63,826 bases of DNA, filler included, from Octopus bimaculoides (GCF_001194135.2; 4 parts of 4 records of this genome joined end to end with filler, not necessarily neighbours in it); one strand, 5' to 3'; numbered from the whole stretch's first letter, positions 12,815-25,289 are shown. A program made the numbers and translations. The notes: generated by a model from the sequence alone, not told the origin.

Positions 12815-13989
12815 GAACCTGTTAGTTATTGAAGTCAGAAGTAACTACATCCTCTTCAGGTATTTAATATACGATTTTTTTAGTAACTGTAACTACCTAC
12901 CAGTCACTGCAATAATTGTTACCAATTTAGGCATAAGACAAAAAAATTAGAGGGTAGGGAGTTTGTCGAGATCATCGACTTCAGTACTTGATTAGATCTT
13001 AACGACCCCACAAGGATGAGAGAGTTGAACGCGGCAGCATTTGAACTCAAAAATATAAAGAACCAAAATAAATACAATACGATAGTTTTACTGATACTCT
13101 AATGTTTGTCAATCGACAGTATTGTCACTGAAATTAATGTTTTCCCCCTCGGAGGACTATCTGCTCATCGTTAAGAATGACTGATGACGTGTGCGATGAC
13201 TGATTAAAGTAGCGTTACACAGTTAACCTTTGATCAGCTATCCAGTGGCAGGACCACATTAAGACACAGTGGATAGAAAGGTATGACTAAGATATCGTTC
13301 TCATCTTTCTCCCTGTCTTATACAATGCGTTACTGCATCCGCCTTCCCCTTTGTTGAACTATGAAGGTTTCTTAAGCAGGCAAGCCGTAATAAATGCGTT
13401 TTAGCCCATAGCTGGGACCCTGAGGTGTTACTGCTCCGGGTCAGTAACATCTGCCAGGAATAATAGTGAGAATATCGTGGTTAAGTGATGATTCCAAACT
13501 CCTCAAAAATTCTGAGCACGCCCGAAAAAGGACGCCACTACAGGATATAGTTTAAAGCCATAAGAAGTTACTGAAATAACACATTCTTGGCTGACAAAGT
13601 ACAGGAAATAGAATGGCAACGAACTCTAGTGAAGACCGGGTTTCGAACTTCAATTGTAACTACGGTATTTAGCGCTATGTTTGCTCCCAGCTCCCTTTTT
13701 TTTTTAGTAATTTACCATGAAATCACAATTTTATCTTCTACACTTCTGGAGATGAGCTCTTAGGAGAAAGCCCATGAAAACACTATTTTCCTGCTTAAAA
13801 TATCTAATCAGTGAAAATATAAATATTTCAGGTCTGAAAGTTCTAGGAGAAAGATCAAAATATTAGTGTAGAAAGGAAGTCCTGCCGCACTTTGAAATGA
13901 TCACTTTGAGGGTACGCTTTCAGTTTCTTTTACATTCTAGGTTTTTTCCCCTTCTTTGCAGATTAATTTGTACCCTAGAAGTTAAATTC

Positions 13990-14860
13990 GTATCGATTGT
14001 TCTATTTAAATGAGATCAGGCCCAAATCGGACATTGCCACTTATGTGAATTCAAAAAGATCTTCAGTAATACAGACGGTAAGAAATATTCGTTGTCTATT
14101 GAAATGAAGTTTTAAATGTTGGGAGAAGCTAACGTTGATTTGGCCAGTTTCGCCCAGGAAATTTTTCCGTAGGATTCCCACTCAATCTGGAGTGGATCGA
14201 AATTGTGGAAACCGTAGTTCAAGAAAATCCAAACGAAACTGCGTGCGAATTGGTAAAACAGTTCAATCTAAGTTACACTTCGATCATAAAAACATCTTTA
14301 TGTACTAGGAAAAACGTGTAAGCTTGAAGAGCGTGTGCCTCATTTGACTGCTTCTAAGCCCGTTATTGAGACTACCTGAATTTTACTGGGATAGAATGAT
14401 TACAACTGATAAAATATGGATTCTCTCATCATATCCAAAACAAAGGAGAATGCACCCCCTAAACCAAGAAAAAAATTATACTCAGTTTTTATTGGAATAT
14501 GAAAAGGTATCGTCTGTCAAAGTGCTAATTGAAACAGTTAATAACCGTAGTATTGCCAGTTGGACGTATTGTACAAGAATTTTCAGAAAAAGCGCCCATT
14601 ATAGGTCAATCATGAAGGGATGTTGCTTCTACACGATAGCGTAAGGACACATTTTGCCTAAGTCACTCAGGAAAACATTATGGCGCTAATTATGGAGATT
14701 TAGCTTCATCCTCCTTACTTTCCTGACCTAAATTCGTCTGACTATTAAGCTTTTGAGATCATTACATTGAATNNNNNNNNNNAAAGGATACGGTTTCTTT
14801 GCTTCGAAATTTGAATTTTTACGTCCAAAGTATCAATTTACCACAGATAGGATTAGTTTA
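13990..14860 (+). mobile_element. Degenerate mariner transposase
   Basis: N-terminal HTH-like region, (W)VPH at ~14332, MITTDKIWI (TGDEKW equivalent), and HPPYFPDLNSSDY at ~14707 (YSPDL motif); many stops and frameshifts. Confidence 0.85.
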
Positions 14861-14869
14861 ATTTTAAAT

Positions 14870-15065
14870 TTTGGGACAAGACCAGAAATTTAGGGTGGGG
14901 GGAGTAAATTGATTACATCGACTAGTGAAATTGTACCCATCTTAATTACTTCGGGAAAAAAAAAAAAAAAAAAAGGCAAGTCGACCTCGGCTGAATGTGA
15001 ACAAAGACGAACGGAATGCCACTAAGAATTTTGCCCGGCGTGCTAATTCTGCCAGCTCGCCGCAT
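14870..15065 (-). mobile_element. SINE family B
   Basis: Reverse complement of ggcgagctggcagaat...gaggtcgac; homologous to 44520-44735. Confidence 0.75.
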
Positions 15066-16199
15066 TGTTATCAATAATCAGGGAAATATTTTTGCATAAA
15101 AGCAAGCATAAGATGTAGCGGGACTAATAGCATTTGACTTGTGGTTCTAGATTTGTGCGTCTAGGATAGATCACTTAGGCAAGATATGCCTTTAGATAGT
15201 TGAAACAAATGTGAAACGCGATTTAATTTAACTTTTAGCGGTCATATCACAGCTAGAAAGACTTAACAATCGATTAGCTGTCATGCATTATTTCAAACAA
15301 CGAAATGCGATGATCATTTTGTTTCCAAAGGAATATAGGAAGCTGTCTACAGGAAGATGAAAAGAGTTGAGGATTAATGGATGGAATCAAAAGGTGTTTT
15401 TATTGAGGTCTAAGCTTTACAAGACTACGCAGATAAGACTGATCTGCATTTAATATTTAGCTGTTTACTGAATTGACTGGATACTAGAGATTGTCAATTC
15501 ATAAATTTAAATACAATCGAGTTGGATTAGTCATATTTTTTATGTCCTGATTCTTTGTAATACATAGAAAAAACCCCCACTGGATTTCGCAAAACTGCCA
15601 CACATTTTGTCTCGATCATTAGACTGCGCCCATGCTGGTGCACCCCTTGAAGAGTTTGCCCGAACAAATAGGTCACTGTACTTGTAACATCCGTCTCTTT
15701 GCCGAGCCCCTAAGGCGTGAGGATGTAAACTAACTATCGTTGTAAAGCGATTGCGGGGAGACATAAGCTTCCATACAGTTTCCGTTAACCAAGTTCCTTC
15801 GCAAGGAATGGTCTGTCAGGTGCTAGTAGAAAACACCCGACTCAATGTTTGGTACAGGACTGAACACGATACTATGTTTGTAAAGCGACTGTCTTAATCA
15901 CTCGCTATGTTTACTACACATTGTAAATAGTCGAATATACAAATGGAGACAGTAAATCTAAATTTTTTTTATATACAGAACCAACAAAGTGAATACTAAT
16001 AGAAATCTTAGAAGGTAAATGAAGCTGGCAAGAATGCTAATAATAGAAACAATGTCTAGACTAGCAGTATTGTCGTGGAATTGAAATGTTAGCCATCACA
16101 CAGGATACTAAATTATTGCAACACCTCTTTCAGCTGCAAACATTAGCTGAAATGTATAAGCGCAAATCGAGAGATCAAAGCTGAAGAAATTTTAGACAA

Positions 16200-16377
16200 T
16201 GGGCACAGGAGTGGCTGTATGGTAAGCTTGCTTCCTAACCACATGGCTCCGGCTTTAGTCCCACGCTGTTGCACCCTCGGCAAGTGGCTAATATAGTCTC
16301 GGGTCAACTAAAGCCATGAGTGGATTTGGTTGATGGAAACTGAAAAACCCGTAGTGTGTGTGTGTGTGTATATATAC

Positions 16378-16442
<65 letters not shown>

Positions 16443-16735
16443 TATGTGTATATATATATATATATATAGTTAAAAAAACAAAAAAACAAAAAAACAACAA
16501 AGTGAGGACGTGATATGGCTAGTATTATTGGACGATCAGGAAAGGAAACATATAACTCGTGTCTCCCCACCATAGTTTGACGACGTTTACATACTCGTAA
16601 CTTAGCGGTTCGGCTAAAGAGGCCGAACCGCTAAGTACTAGACTTACAAAGAATCAGTCCTGGGGTCAATTTGTTCGACTGAAGGAGGTGCTCCAAGAAT
16701 GGGTGCAATCAAATGATAAACAGGTAAAAGAATAA
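16200..16735 (+). mobile_element. Full-length SINE family A with internal (TG)/(TA)n
   Basis: Head gggcacaggagtggctgtatggtaag and 3' half cttagcggttcggc...cctggggtcaatttgttcgact. Confidence 0.85.
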
Positions 16736-17047
16736 AAGCATGTTTGAAACACTGGACCGCATAGAAGGTAAATCTTTATTCCATCTGATCCTAGAATAAC
16801 TTGATAAAGTAATCTCTTATATGAATTCCCTTTGTAAGCAATAACGAGAAATCCAGTGAGAAAATATTGTGGTATTACAGAATGTATGGGCCAGAGTTAG
16901 AAGGCGGTACTATAAACAAAAGCTTCAGTGCATCTGAGAAGCGATCCTCGGGTCCTACTTACCAAGTAAGATGAAAAATGCTACGAATAATTGTCAAGAG
17001 TAAATATGGCGACATTTAAAACATGGAAACAATGGTTTTGTACAAAA

Positions 17048-17400
17048 TAGGTGCAGGCATTGTCGTGTGGTAAGTTGTTCGCTTTCCAACCACATGGTTT
17101 AGAGTTCAGTCCCACTGCATGATACCATGGGCAAGTGCTTTCTATTATAACGTCAAAGACTCGAGTAGATTTGGCTGGAAACCTCAAGAAGCATGCCTTC
17201 GTGCGCGTTATCCCTCATCTTTTGACAACAGGGTGATCATTCGTTAACATCAACGTAAACTTAGCGATTTGGATAAAGAGACAAGCAGAATAACTACCAA
17301 ACTTAGAAAAATACTGAAGTCGCTTAGTTCGACAAGGCTCTTCAAACGGATGCCCCAGCATGGTTGCGGTTCCAATCGAATTAAAGACTAATATTTTGTC
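17048..17400 (+). mobile_element. Diverged SINE family A copy
   Basis: aggtgcaggcattgtcgtgtggtaag...catgggcaagtgc...cccagcatggttgcgg. Confidence 0.7.
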
Positions 17401-18199
17401 TCCAACAGCTGGCATCATTTCTAGCCTGGTTGTAATTCTCACTGGGTATAAATTCAAACATTAGAACTGAGCAGTCCTAAAACCTCTTTAGAAAGATAAT
17501 TACCAAGTATGGTAGCTGCAGTGATCTGAAATTTCTTAAAGGTGAATATAGCCATTGGCGATCTTATTTGCTAGACAGTGCAAAGGAAGCAAATGCGTCG
17601 AGAATTTTCTTAGATTTACCAGTATGGCTATGAGGAATACAGTGGTTTACAAGTTACAATTACTGCAGGAACTAATGGTTCATGAAATACTATATTGTGA
17701 GTGAATGTAAAAAGTTAAAGAAAAGGGAGCACGCAGTAATCATAAGTGTCTTCACGTCTATATTGTTAGAGATTCAGGTCAAACAAGACCGTATAGTAAT
17801 GTCCAAAAGGATACTTGTACATTTAAATAGTGCGCGCAAGGGTACCCCAATTTCTTTATCAACCTCGGGAGATAAAGCATAGAGATCGCGCTGGCATTGG
17901 TTTAAGGGGCCCAAGGTGCTCTATAAACTCAACCGTTACCTGCAACAGAACTCTCCATCCAAGGAACTTTAAAGTGATAAGATCTTACCTGCAGAGAACT
18001 TCCGACAAGATATCCACGAGTCTTCCTATGCACGTTCTTACGAAATTAGGAATAAAAGGGAAGTGCAACACTGACCCATCATTTCTCATGAAACTTGTCC
18101 ATACGCAACATTCTCAAGTGAGCATGGGCTCACTAGATTGATACCTGAAAAGGAATCCTAAGCTGGCAACTCGATAGAAACTGGTTATTTCAAATTAAC

Positions 18200-19269
18200 G
18201 ACTAAAACGATATAAAATATGTACTTTATTGGCTATAAATCAAAACTAGGCTGAAATGAGATTTCCATTGCTTTCTTTAAGAGAATTTTCATAAAATTGA
18301 TCTTGTTTGAACTCATTGACACCAACGTAAAGTCCTGGTCTGAGCAATTGTTTTTAAAGTAAGCAATGAGAAAAATTCCAACAGGAAAAATAAAGACTGA
18401 AGTTTTAATGTTAGTAAGAATGAAATTCTTGTAAAAAGTTAAACTAAAACAGCATTTGCTATAAGGAATAGCAGCAAATAGTACGATAACAATTTAAGAA
18501 CAAAGAAATAACAATGAAATATTTTTAGGACAAAAGATGGTAACTGGCACACTTGTAAAATGAACAGAATTATGTTTGAGAAAATTGTTCAACACGAGAC
18601 ATGCGTGAGAATTTTCATGAAAAATCTCAGATATTGAAGATTTTCAAATTGTTGAATTTAAACTGAAACGATAAAGGATTTCGGAAAAGGGAATTCTAAA
18701 CATGATGTATCCGAATATTTGTATTGAATCAAAATGTCTGAAGTGATTTAGTTTTGGGATTGTATGTTGTCTGAAAAGGAATGTTCGTTTGTATTGATAT
18801 TGTACCGATTGATAAGTTTTAAAACGTTTAAGGATTTGAATTTTTACTTTTAAGTAAACGAGTTGAAAAGGAAGCTAAAACAGGGAAGGGGGAAAGATTA
18901 AGATGGAACGACGGACGGGCTACTTTAAACGGAATCTCCAATTTGAAAATCAATTTAGATAAAATATCAGTATATGAAAAACTTTTTTTTGAGAAGGAAT
19001 TTTAAATGGTGTTGGGGAACTGTAAGAGTCATGTATACAATTCTTCCTTGCCCAACGAAGCTAAATAACTGCGACCAAAAGACAACATTGTCAAAAGTGT
19101 TAGTAAATAAATGCTTAATATAGAAATACACATGAGAAATATATTAGTAATCTAACTGAAGACTTGATCATTTATAGACACTAAGTTTCCAATTGAAGGG
19201 AAAATAAAGTTTGGCGTACTTCGCTCAGTCGAAACAGAAATCTCTTGAACAAAGTTTTTGAAAATCAAA
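18200..19269 (-). other. Putative Nova 3' UTR (~1.05 kb)
   Basis: U-rich on the minus strand, with no recognisable SINE or microsatellite, lying between the stop codon and the first AATAAA. Confidence 0.55.
18225..18230 (-). terminator. Candidate polyadenylation signal AATAAA for Nova
   Basis: TTTATT on the plus strand; first canonical hexamer I found downstream of the stop, followed by U/GU-rich sequence. An ATTAAA variant lies at 18404-18409. Confidence 0.45.
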
Positions 19270-20182
19270 CTAATTTTTTGTCTGTTGTGACCTCTTTGTC
19301 TCTTCCTGCTGTAGACGATGTTGGATCAAAAACTGAGCTTTAGCAACATTTAAAGGGGTACCACTTATATCAACGAGGCGGTTTCGGGTTCCTGGTGCAT
19401 AAACTCCTCTTTTAGATATCTGAACGACTGCATTTGTAAGTTGTTGAATTTCTACAATTCCCTTACCTTTAGGACCAAGAATGGCTCCAACAATTGTTTC
19501 AGGGACTTCTATTTCTTGTTTTGAGATAATGTTCGGTTTATCAGTTGGCCCACATAAACCGAGACCTAGACCGAAAGAATTGTTATTCATCCCAGAATAG
19601 TTTATGTCATCTATAGTTTTCGAAGAATTGCAGGGAAAACCAACACTATTCATATGGTAGTTGGCGTTGTTTATGATTGAACCTAATCCCACTTTTTCTC
19701 TTATGGAATAAACATCGTTGCTTCCGGTTGTATGTGTCGAGGAGAATGTCTCACAGTTGCTACCGATAGGACCATATTGGCTTCCAAGATTGTCACGACA
19801 AGTAGAATTACCGATAAAGGGGCTGTTTTGAGAAATTGAAGACTGTGTGCGATTTTTTCCAAGATTAGATATGTTATTCGAACAATAAGTTGTAAGTGAT
19901 CCAGTGTTCAACATATTTGGTAATACTCCAAAGGAATTAACATGAGGAAGGCAGCCATAATTCGAGAGGGTATTGAAAGCTGAACTAATTTCATCTGTCG
20001 CAAGTTCAGAGTAGCCCAGATTCCGTAATGTCATCTTTAAGTTGTCTAATAATGTTGACGGAGTCAGGAGGTTATTATTTAGAATGCTGTTAATATTCAG
20101 ATTACTCATGCTCGAAAACTCAAGTGAGTTTTTATCTCCGAATTCACTGCGCAGATTGTTAGATAAATCTCTCGAGTCATTC
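19270..20182 (-). CDS. Nova: Nova/pasilla RNA-binding protein, terminal coding exon (Asn/Ser-rich linker + KH3)
   Basis: C-terminus EIEVPETIVGAILGPKGKGIVEIQQLTNAVVQISKRGVYAPGTRNRLVDISGTPLNVAKAQFLIQHRLQQEETKR matches Nova/pasilla KH3 (PGTRNR motif). The linker has LRNLGYSELATDEISSAFNTLSNYG, a protostome Nova-type helix. Acceptor ttttcattattttacag|G at 20183/20182 is phase 2 and in frame with the supplied ORF 19270-20109. Confidence 0.95.
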
Positions 20183-20612
20183 CTGTAAAATAATGAAAAT
20201 TAACCAGCTGTGAGGAACACAGTAGAAGTGAGAAAGATTGAAGCAAAATTGTGAAACGAAATTAAATTCGAGTCGAATTCAGAGCAGATTATGTATGGTA
20301 CTTGAAATGGACAACATTTAAAAGATTTAACTAATGCTATGAGAAAATAATCAAGAGCTTCAGTTTACGTCAAAGACAAAGCCCGGCACAACGTATTGGA
20401 ATTCATTTTTTCTCTGAAGAGACAATGATTAGAAAGAGTGAAAAGATTAGAACAGGAGAGTCAGATCTTATATGTAACTTTCAGCTCCGGGATAATGAAT
20501 TAACAATATTATAAGTAGGAGTTATCAAAACTATCGAATTAGCAAAAGACTAAATATTAAGTTCCATTATGTGAATTAAGTGAATATAGGAATGATTCAA
20601 AAGACTACTCAC

Positions 20613-21007
20613 CTCTCAGTTGTATAAGAATTGGCAAAAGGCGATCCAGTAGGGCTAGCATTGGCAATGGGTCCAGGATAACCAGCATAACTAATTGTAG
20701 TGAAGTTACTGCTATATGGATCCTCGACTATCTTATGAAGAATCAGGTCGATGGCCTTTTTACTGGATGCTAAATCCCCCGCAATGGTCACACAACGTTC
20801 TGGCAGTTTGGTTTCACGAGACTTTTGTGATATCTGGACATAAGCACCAGTTTCTTCTTTAATCTGTTCAACATATTGCCCTCCTTTACCGATAATACGA
20901 CCGGCTGTGCTGTTAGGCACGAGAATTTTCACGTGCATGAAAGTACCATCCAAACTGCCATTTGTCGTGGTACTACTATTGGAAATTGTTGAAGAGCGCC
21001 TTATAAT
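20613..21007 (-). CDS. Nova: Nova/pasilla internal coding exon (KH2)
   Basis: Encodes VKILVPNSTAGRIIGKGG...VQISQK...PERCVTIAG...KIVEDP...ISYAGYPGPIANASPTGSPFAN, the Nova KH2 and following motif. Acceptor tttttttttctttcatatcctcag|ATT at 21008/21007 (phase 0). Donor AG|GTGAGT at 20613/20612 (phase 2) joins in frame to 20182. Confidence 0.93.
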
Positions 21008-22049
21008 CTGAGGATATGAAAGAAAAAAAAACAGCTCACTGTAAAGGTTTTGAAAGTGGAAAATAAAACTCCCAGAAATATAGGATTAGATTCTATAAAA
21101 GGAATGGAGAACACCTCGTTGGATTTAGATCTGAAGCAGCCCTCTTAAGTCTATGAAAAAAAAAAAAAAAAAAAAAAAAAANNNNNNNNNNNNNNNNNNN
21201 NNNNNNNNNNNNNNNNNNNNNNNNNNNNNNNNNNNNNNNNNNNNNNNNNNNNNNNNNNNNNNNNNNNNNNNNNNNNNNNNNNNNNNNNNNNNNNNNNNNN
21301 NNNNNNNNNNNNNNNNNNNNNNNNNNNNNNNNNNNNNNNNNNNNNNNNNNNNNNNNNNNNNNNNNNNNNNNNNNNNNNNNNNNNNNNNNNNNNNNNNNNN
21401 NNNNNNNNNNNNNNNNNNNNNNNNNNNNNNNNNNNNNNNNNNNNNNNNNNNNNNNNNNNNNNNNNNNNNNNNNNNNNNNNNNNNNNNNNNNNNNNNNNNN
21501 NNNNNNNNNNNNNNNNNNNNNNNNNNNNNNNNNNNNNNNNNNNNNNNNNNNNNNNNNNNNNNNNNNNNNNNNNNNNNNNNNNNNNNNNNNNNNNNNNNNN
21601 NNNNNNNNNNNNNNNNNNNNNNNNNNNNNNNNNNNNNNNNNNNNNNNNNNNNNNNNNNNNNNNNNNNNNNNNNNNNNNNNNNNNNNNNNNNNNNNNNNNN
21701 NNNNNNNNNNNNNNNNNNNNNNNNNNNNNNNNNNNNNNNNNNNNNNNNNNNNNNNNNNNNNNNNNNNNNNNNNNNNNNNNNNNNNNNNNNNNNNNNNNNN
21801 NNNNNNNNNNNNNNNNNNNNNNNNNNNNNNNNNNNNNNNNNNNNNNNNNNNNNNNNNNNNNNNNNNNNNNNNNNNNNNNNNNNNNNNNNNNNNNNNNNNN
21901 NNNNNNNNNNNNNNNNNNNNNNNNNNNNNNNNNNNNNNNNNNNNNNNNNNNNNNNNNNNNNNNNNNNNNNNNNNNNNNNNNNNNNNNNNNNNNNNNNNNN
22001 NNNNNNNNNNNNNNNNNNNNNNNNNNNNNNNNNNNNNNNNNNNNNNNNN

Positions 22050-22097
22050 TAGTGAAGTAGGGTCAAAAGAATCACCCATAATAATTTCGTTTTCCAT
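22050..22097 (-). CDS. Nova: Probable first coding segment of Nova (MENEIIMGDSFDPTSL..., runs into gap)
   Basis: ATG in a strong caaaATGG context. The frame is open up to the N gap 21182-22049, which is large enough to hold the missing KH1. The peptide loosely resembles the Nova N-terminus preceding the DSRKRP motif. Confidence 0.5.
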
Positions 22098-23916
22098 TTT
22101 GTTCGGAAATGAGTGGGAGGACTCATAAACTTAGTTACGCTAACCACCTTCCACTTTATGAAACTAGCAGTTTAGCACGGAAGAGTTCATATTATATAGA
22201 TGACTTATTTAAATAGTGTGTGTGTCTGAGTGCACAGGGCTCATTTAAATAAAACAAACCAATGTATTATATTATAGAGATCATTTAAATGAAGCAAACA
22301 TTATATATAATGCTGATTTAAAGAGAAAACGCCAAATTAATACTAAAAAAAAAAAAAAGAGGAAGGGAACATTAAAAAAAATTTCGTTGAATAAATGACA
22401 AAGTGAAACGATTTTACGAATCGGTTTCGATTCCACGTTAGAACCAATTCAATTTACTTATGACACTGAATAATTTTAGGAAGAAACACTGTTGGTGAGC
22501 CGCGTCTATGATTCGGTTTCAAATCCAAGTTACAGACATTTTTGTCGATCATACAGCATTGTGATGTAGTTTAATTGATCGATAATCAAAGACGTTCAAG
22601 TTATGACATAACCGCTTTATTAAAAGACTATATCTAAGAATTCACTATCCAAAACCTTGAATTTTTTTTTTTCAAATAGGGTAGGTTGTGATCTGATGGA
22701 GATTCGACTCTGATTTTTTAGCCGGTCGGGTGACCACGTAAAGGCTCCCTTATTGGTTCGTCCGAAATAATACAGCTTTCGTTCTGAGAAAAAGAAAAAC
22801 CACCATCTTGATAACTGGGAAAGATTTATATCAGAATTATAGCGGTGTCACAAATTTTCTTAATGAGTAAACAATACATTTTATAATATCAAGAAGTCTT
22901 TACCATAACAAAACAAATAACTGAATCTGAAAACAGGTCAGCAAAGAAGAGCGGATGGACGAGAGTATAAAGTATTCACTTAACTGTTTGTAGATCGTGA
23001 GTTCAAATCTAATGCATTCAATTCGAACAATTTATTTTTACTTGATGCTAAGAAACCGAAATTAAACACTGTTCCTTAACCAGAATGGCAAACCCAGTTC
23101 CTAAATGAAATTTATTGTTTCATCTCACATAATCTTCCTCATTTGTTTGTTGTTTGTTTCTTTGTTTCTTTCGTGTGTGTACATGAATCAGTGTCTTATT
23201 GGGATTGTTTCTACAGAGCATGCTGAACGTATTATTCAGATATTACTAAACAAATAACCACACAATCCTGTTAACATACTGATTCTGCATCAGTATGACT
23301 TAAATGTGATTTCTGACTGCATATTATTTATTTGTAAACTTATTTCTAAACATATTGGTACCGGATTATATCAATATACTATACAATAACAATTATAACG
23401 AAGAACATTTACCGCCATAAATATATATAAACACACACACACGCACGCACATCTTAATATACACATAAAAATGTCAAAAAGCATTGGTCTCCGATAAATA
23501 AATAATAACAAATGCATTGAAGATAAGAAATTTATTAAAACATGAGTGTTTCCTGGACTCGAAACTCGTTCCTCTTCACTGAGACAGCTGTTTAGAATTG
23601 GGGAGACGAAAGTGGAAATAGCAAATACTTACAAAGAAAGAAAGACAAATGTGAACAAATACTGCTTTTAGATGACTTTAATCCAATAATATTTGGGGAG
23701 GATTAGATTATCGTGTACTCTGTGTAGTGAAATGGTCTTTAACACTTCGTTGAACATATGATCGTTAAATTCTTCCAACAAAGTAGACTCTGGACATGTT
23801 GTTATCTTATTTAATTTACTGTTGTTAGCAATAGAATTGAAGAAGATTAGAAACTTATGCATAACATACTCCTGTGGGCTTGTTTGTGGCGAGCAACAAT
23901 ATTACACACACACAGA

Positions 23917-24019
23917 TGTATATATATATATATAACTTAAAGGTACAGTAGTGGCTAATGTTTATGAAAATCATCTCTTCCAGATATAATTACTTTTATA
24001 AAACCTCGCNNNNNNNNNN

Positions 24020-24051
<32 letters not shown>

Positions 24052-24157
24052 GAAGGTATGAATTTGTATATATATATATATAACTTAAAGGTACAGTAGT
24101 GGCTAATGTTTATGAAAATCATCTCTTCCAGATATAATTACTTTTATAAAACCTCGC
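23917..24157. repeat. Identical 93-bp duplication straddling a 10-N gap
   Basis: 23917-24009 equals 24065-24157. Confidence 0.85.
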
Positions 24158-24484
24158 AAAATTTTGTTCTTTTCCACCAAATAATATTATTTAATCGAAA
24201 ATATGTAAATTAAATGCCTCCAAGAAAAATCTTAACTCTTCCGGCACAGAACATTATTTATCACTTGTAAGAAAACAATATAGCATATTAACTTGCATAC
24301 CAACTGTCTTTATTTGCCGGAGTCTGTTGATACCTCTGGTAATGTTCTCGGATTTTGAAAATAAAGTTGATTTCATATTATGATATCTAATCTACTCAGT
24401 GAAATGTAATTAAAATAAATTATTGTTAAGAATTTGGTACGTTTCAATTTTGTACAAGTTTAACAAGAGATGTGGAAGTTGATA

Positions 24485-24740
24485 AAGATAACGCTGGTGA
24501 TGATGATGGTGATTATAATGAAGATGATAGTAACGGTAATGTTGATGATGATGATGATGATGATATTAGTGGTGCTGATGACGACGACGACGACAATGGT
24601 GATGCTAGTGGTGGTGGTGGTGATGAGGATGATGATAATGATAATGACGACAATAATAATGGTAGTGCTGATGATGAGGATGATGATGATGAAAGTGGTG
24701 ATGATAATGAAGATGATGATGACGATGGAGCTAATAGATT
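24485..24740. repeat. Degenerate (GAT/GGT)n trinucleotide mosaic
   Basis: Seen directly; a similar tract lies at 35755-35875. Confidence 0.85.
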
Positions 24741-25047
24741 TTCTTGTGTTTGCAAATGGTGAGGATGGTATTGTTAAACTACTCCAAATGTCGGAATACA
24801 AAACTTCTATGTTATAACGATGAGGTGCTCTCCTACAGACATACTTCACTTCCAAGTTCTTTGTTTTCTCTCTCACAAATTATTCAGCTTCAATTAAGAA
24901 TTATTAATATGTAATTGTAAAATTAATAGTATATGCTTACAAATTCTTTTCCAATCTATAGATATTTCACTCTTCATCACCAGCCCACAGCATGAATAGA
25001 ACTGATATTAAAAACACAAAAATTTACATTCTGAAGTCATTGAATTT

Positions 25048-25093
<46 letters not shown>

Positions 25094-25289
25094 NNNNNNN
25101 NNNNNNNNNNNNNNNNNNNNNNNNNNNNNNNNNNNNNNNNNNNNNNNNNCACGCACGCACGCACGCACGCACGCACGCACACGTGGGGTGTTCGAGCCAC
25201 ATTTCATAGTTTGCATAAAAGGAAAAGAAAACAATATCACATCCAAAACTATTACCATTAAAAAAAATCCGAAAGTATCTACTAGATTA

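Noticed and set aside
24460-24876. Asp-rich, Ile-rich and Ser-rich ORFs (also 35533-35982 and 30254-30790)
   Set aside because: These are translations of degenerate trinucleotide repeats, open in several frames, with no splice or domain support.
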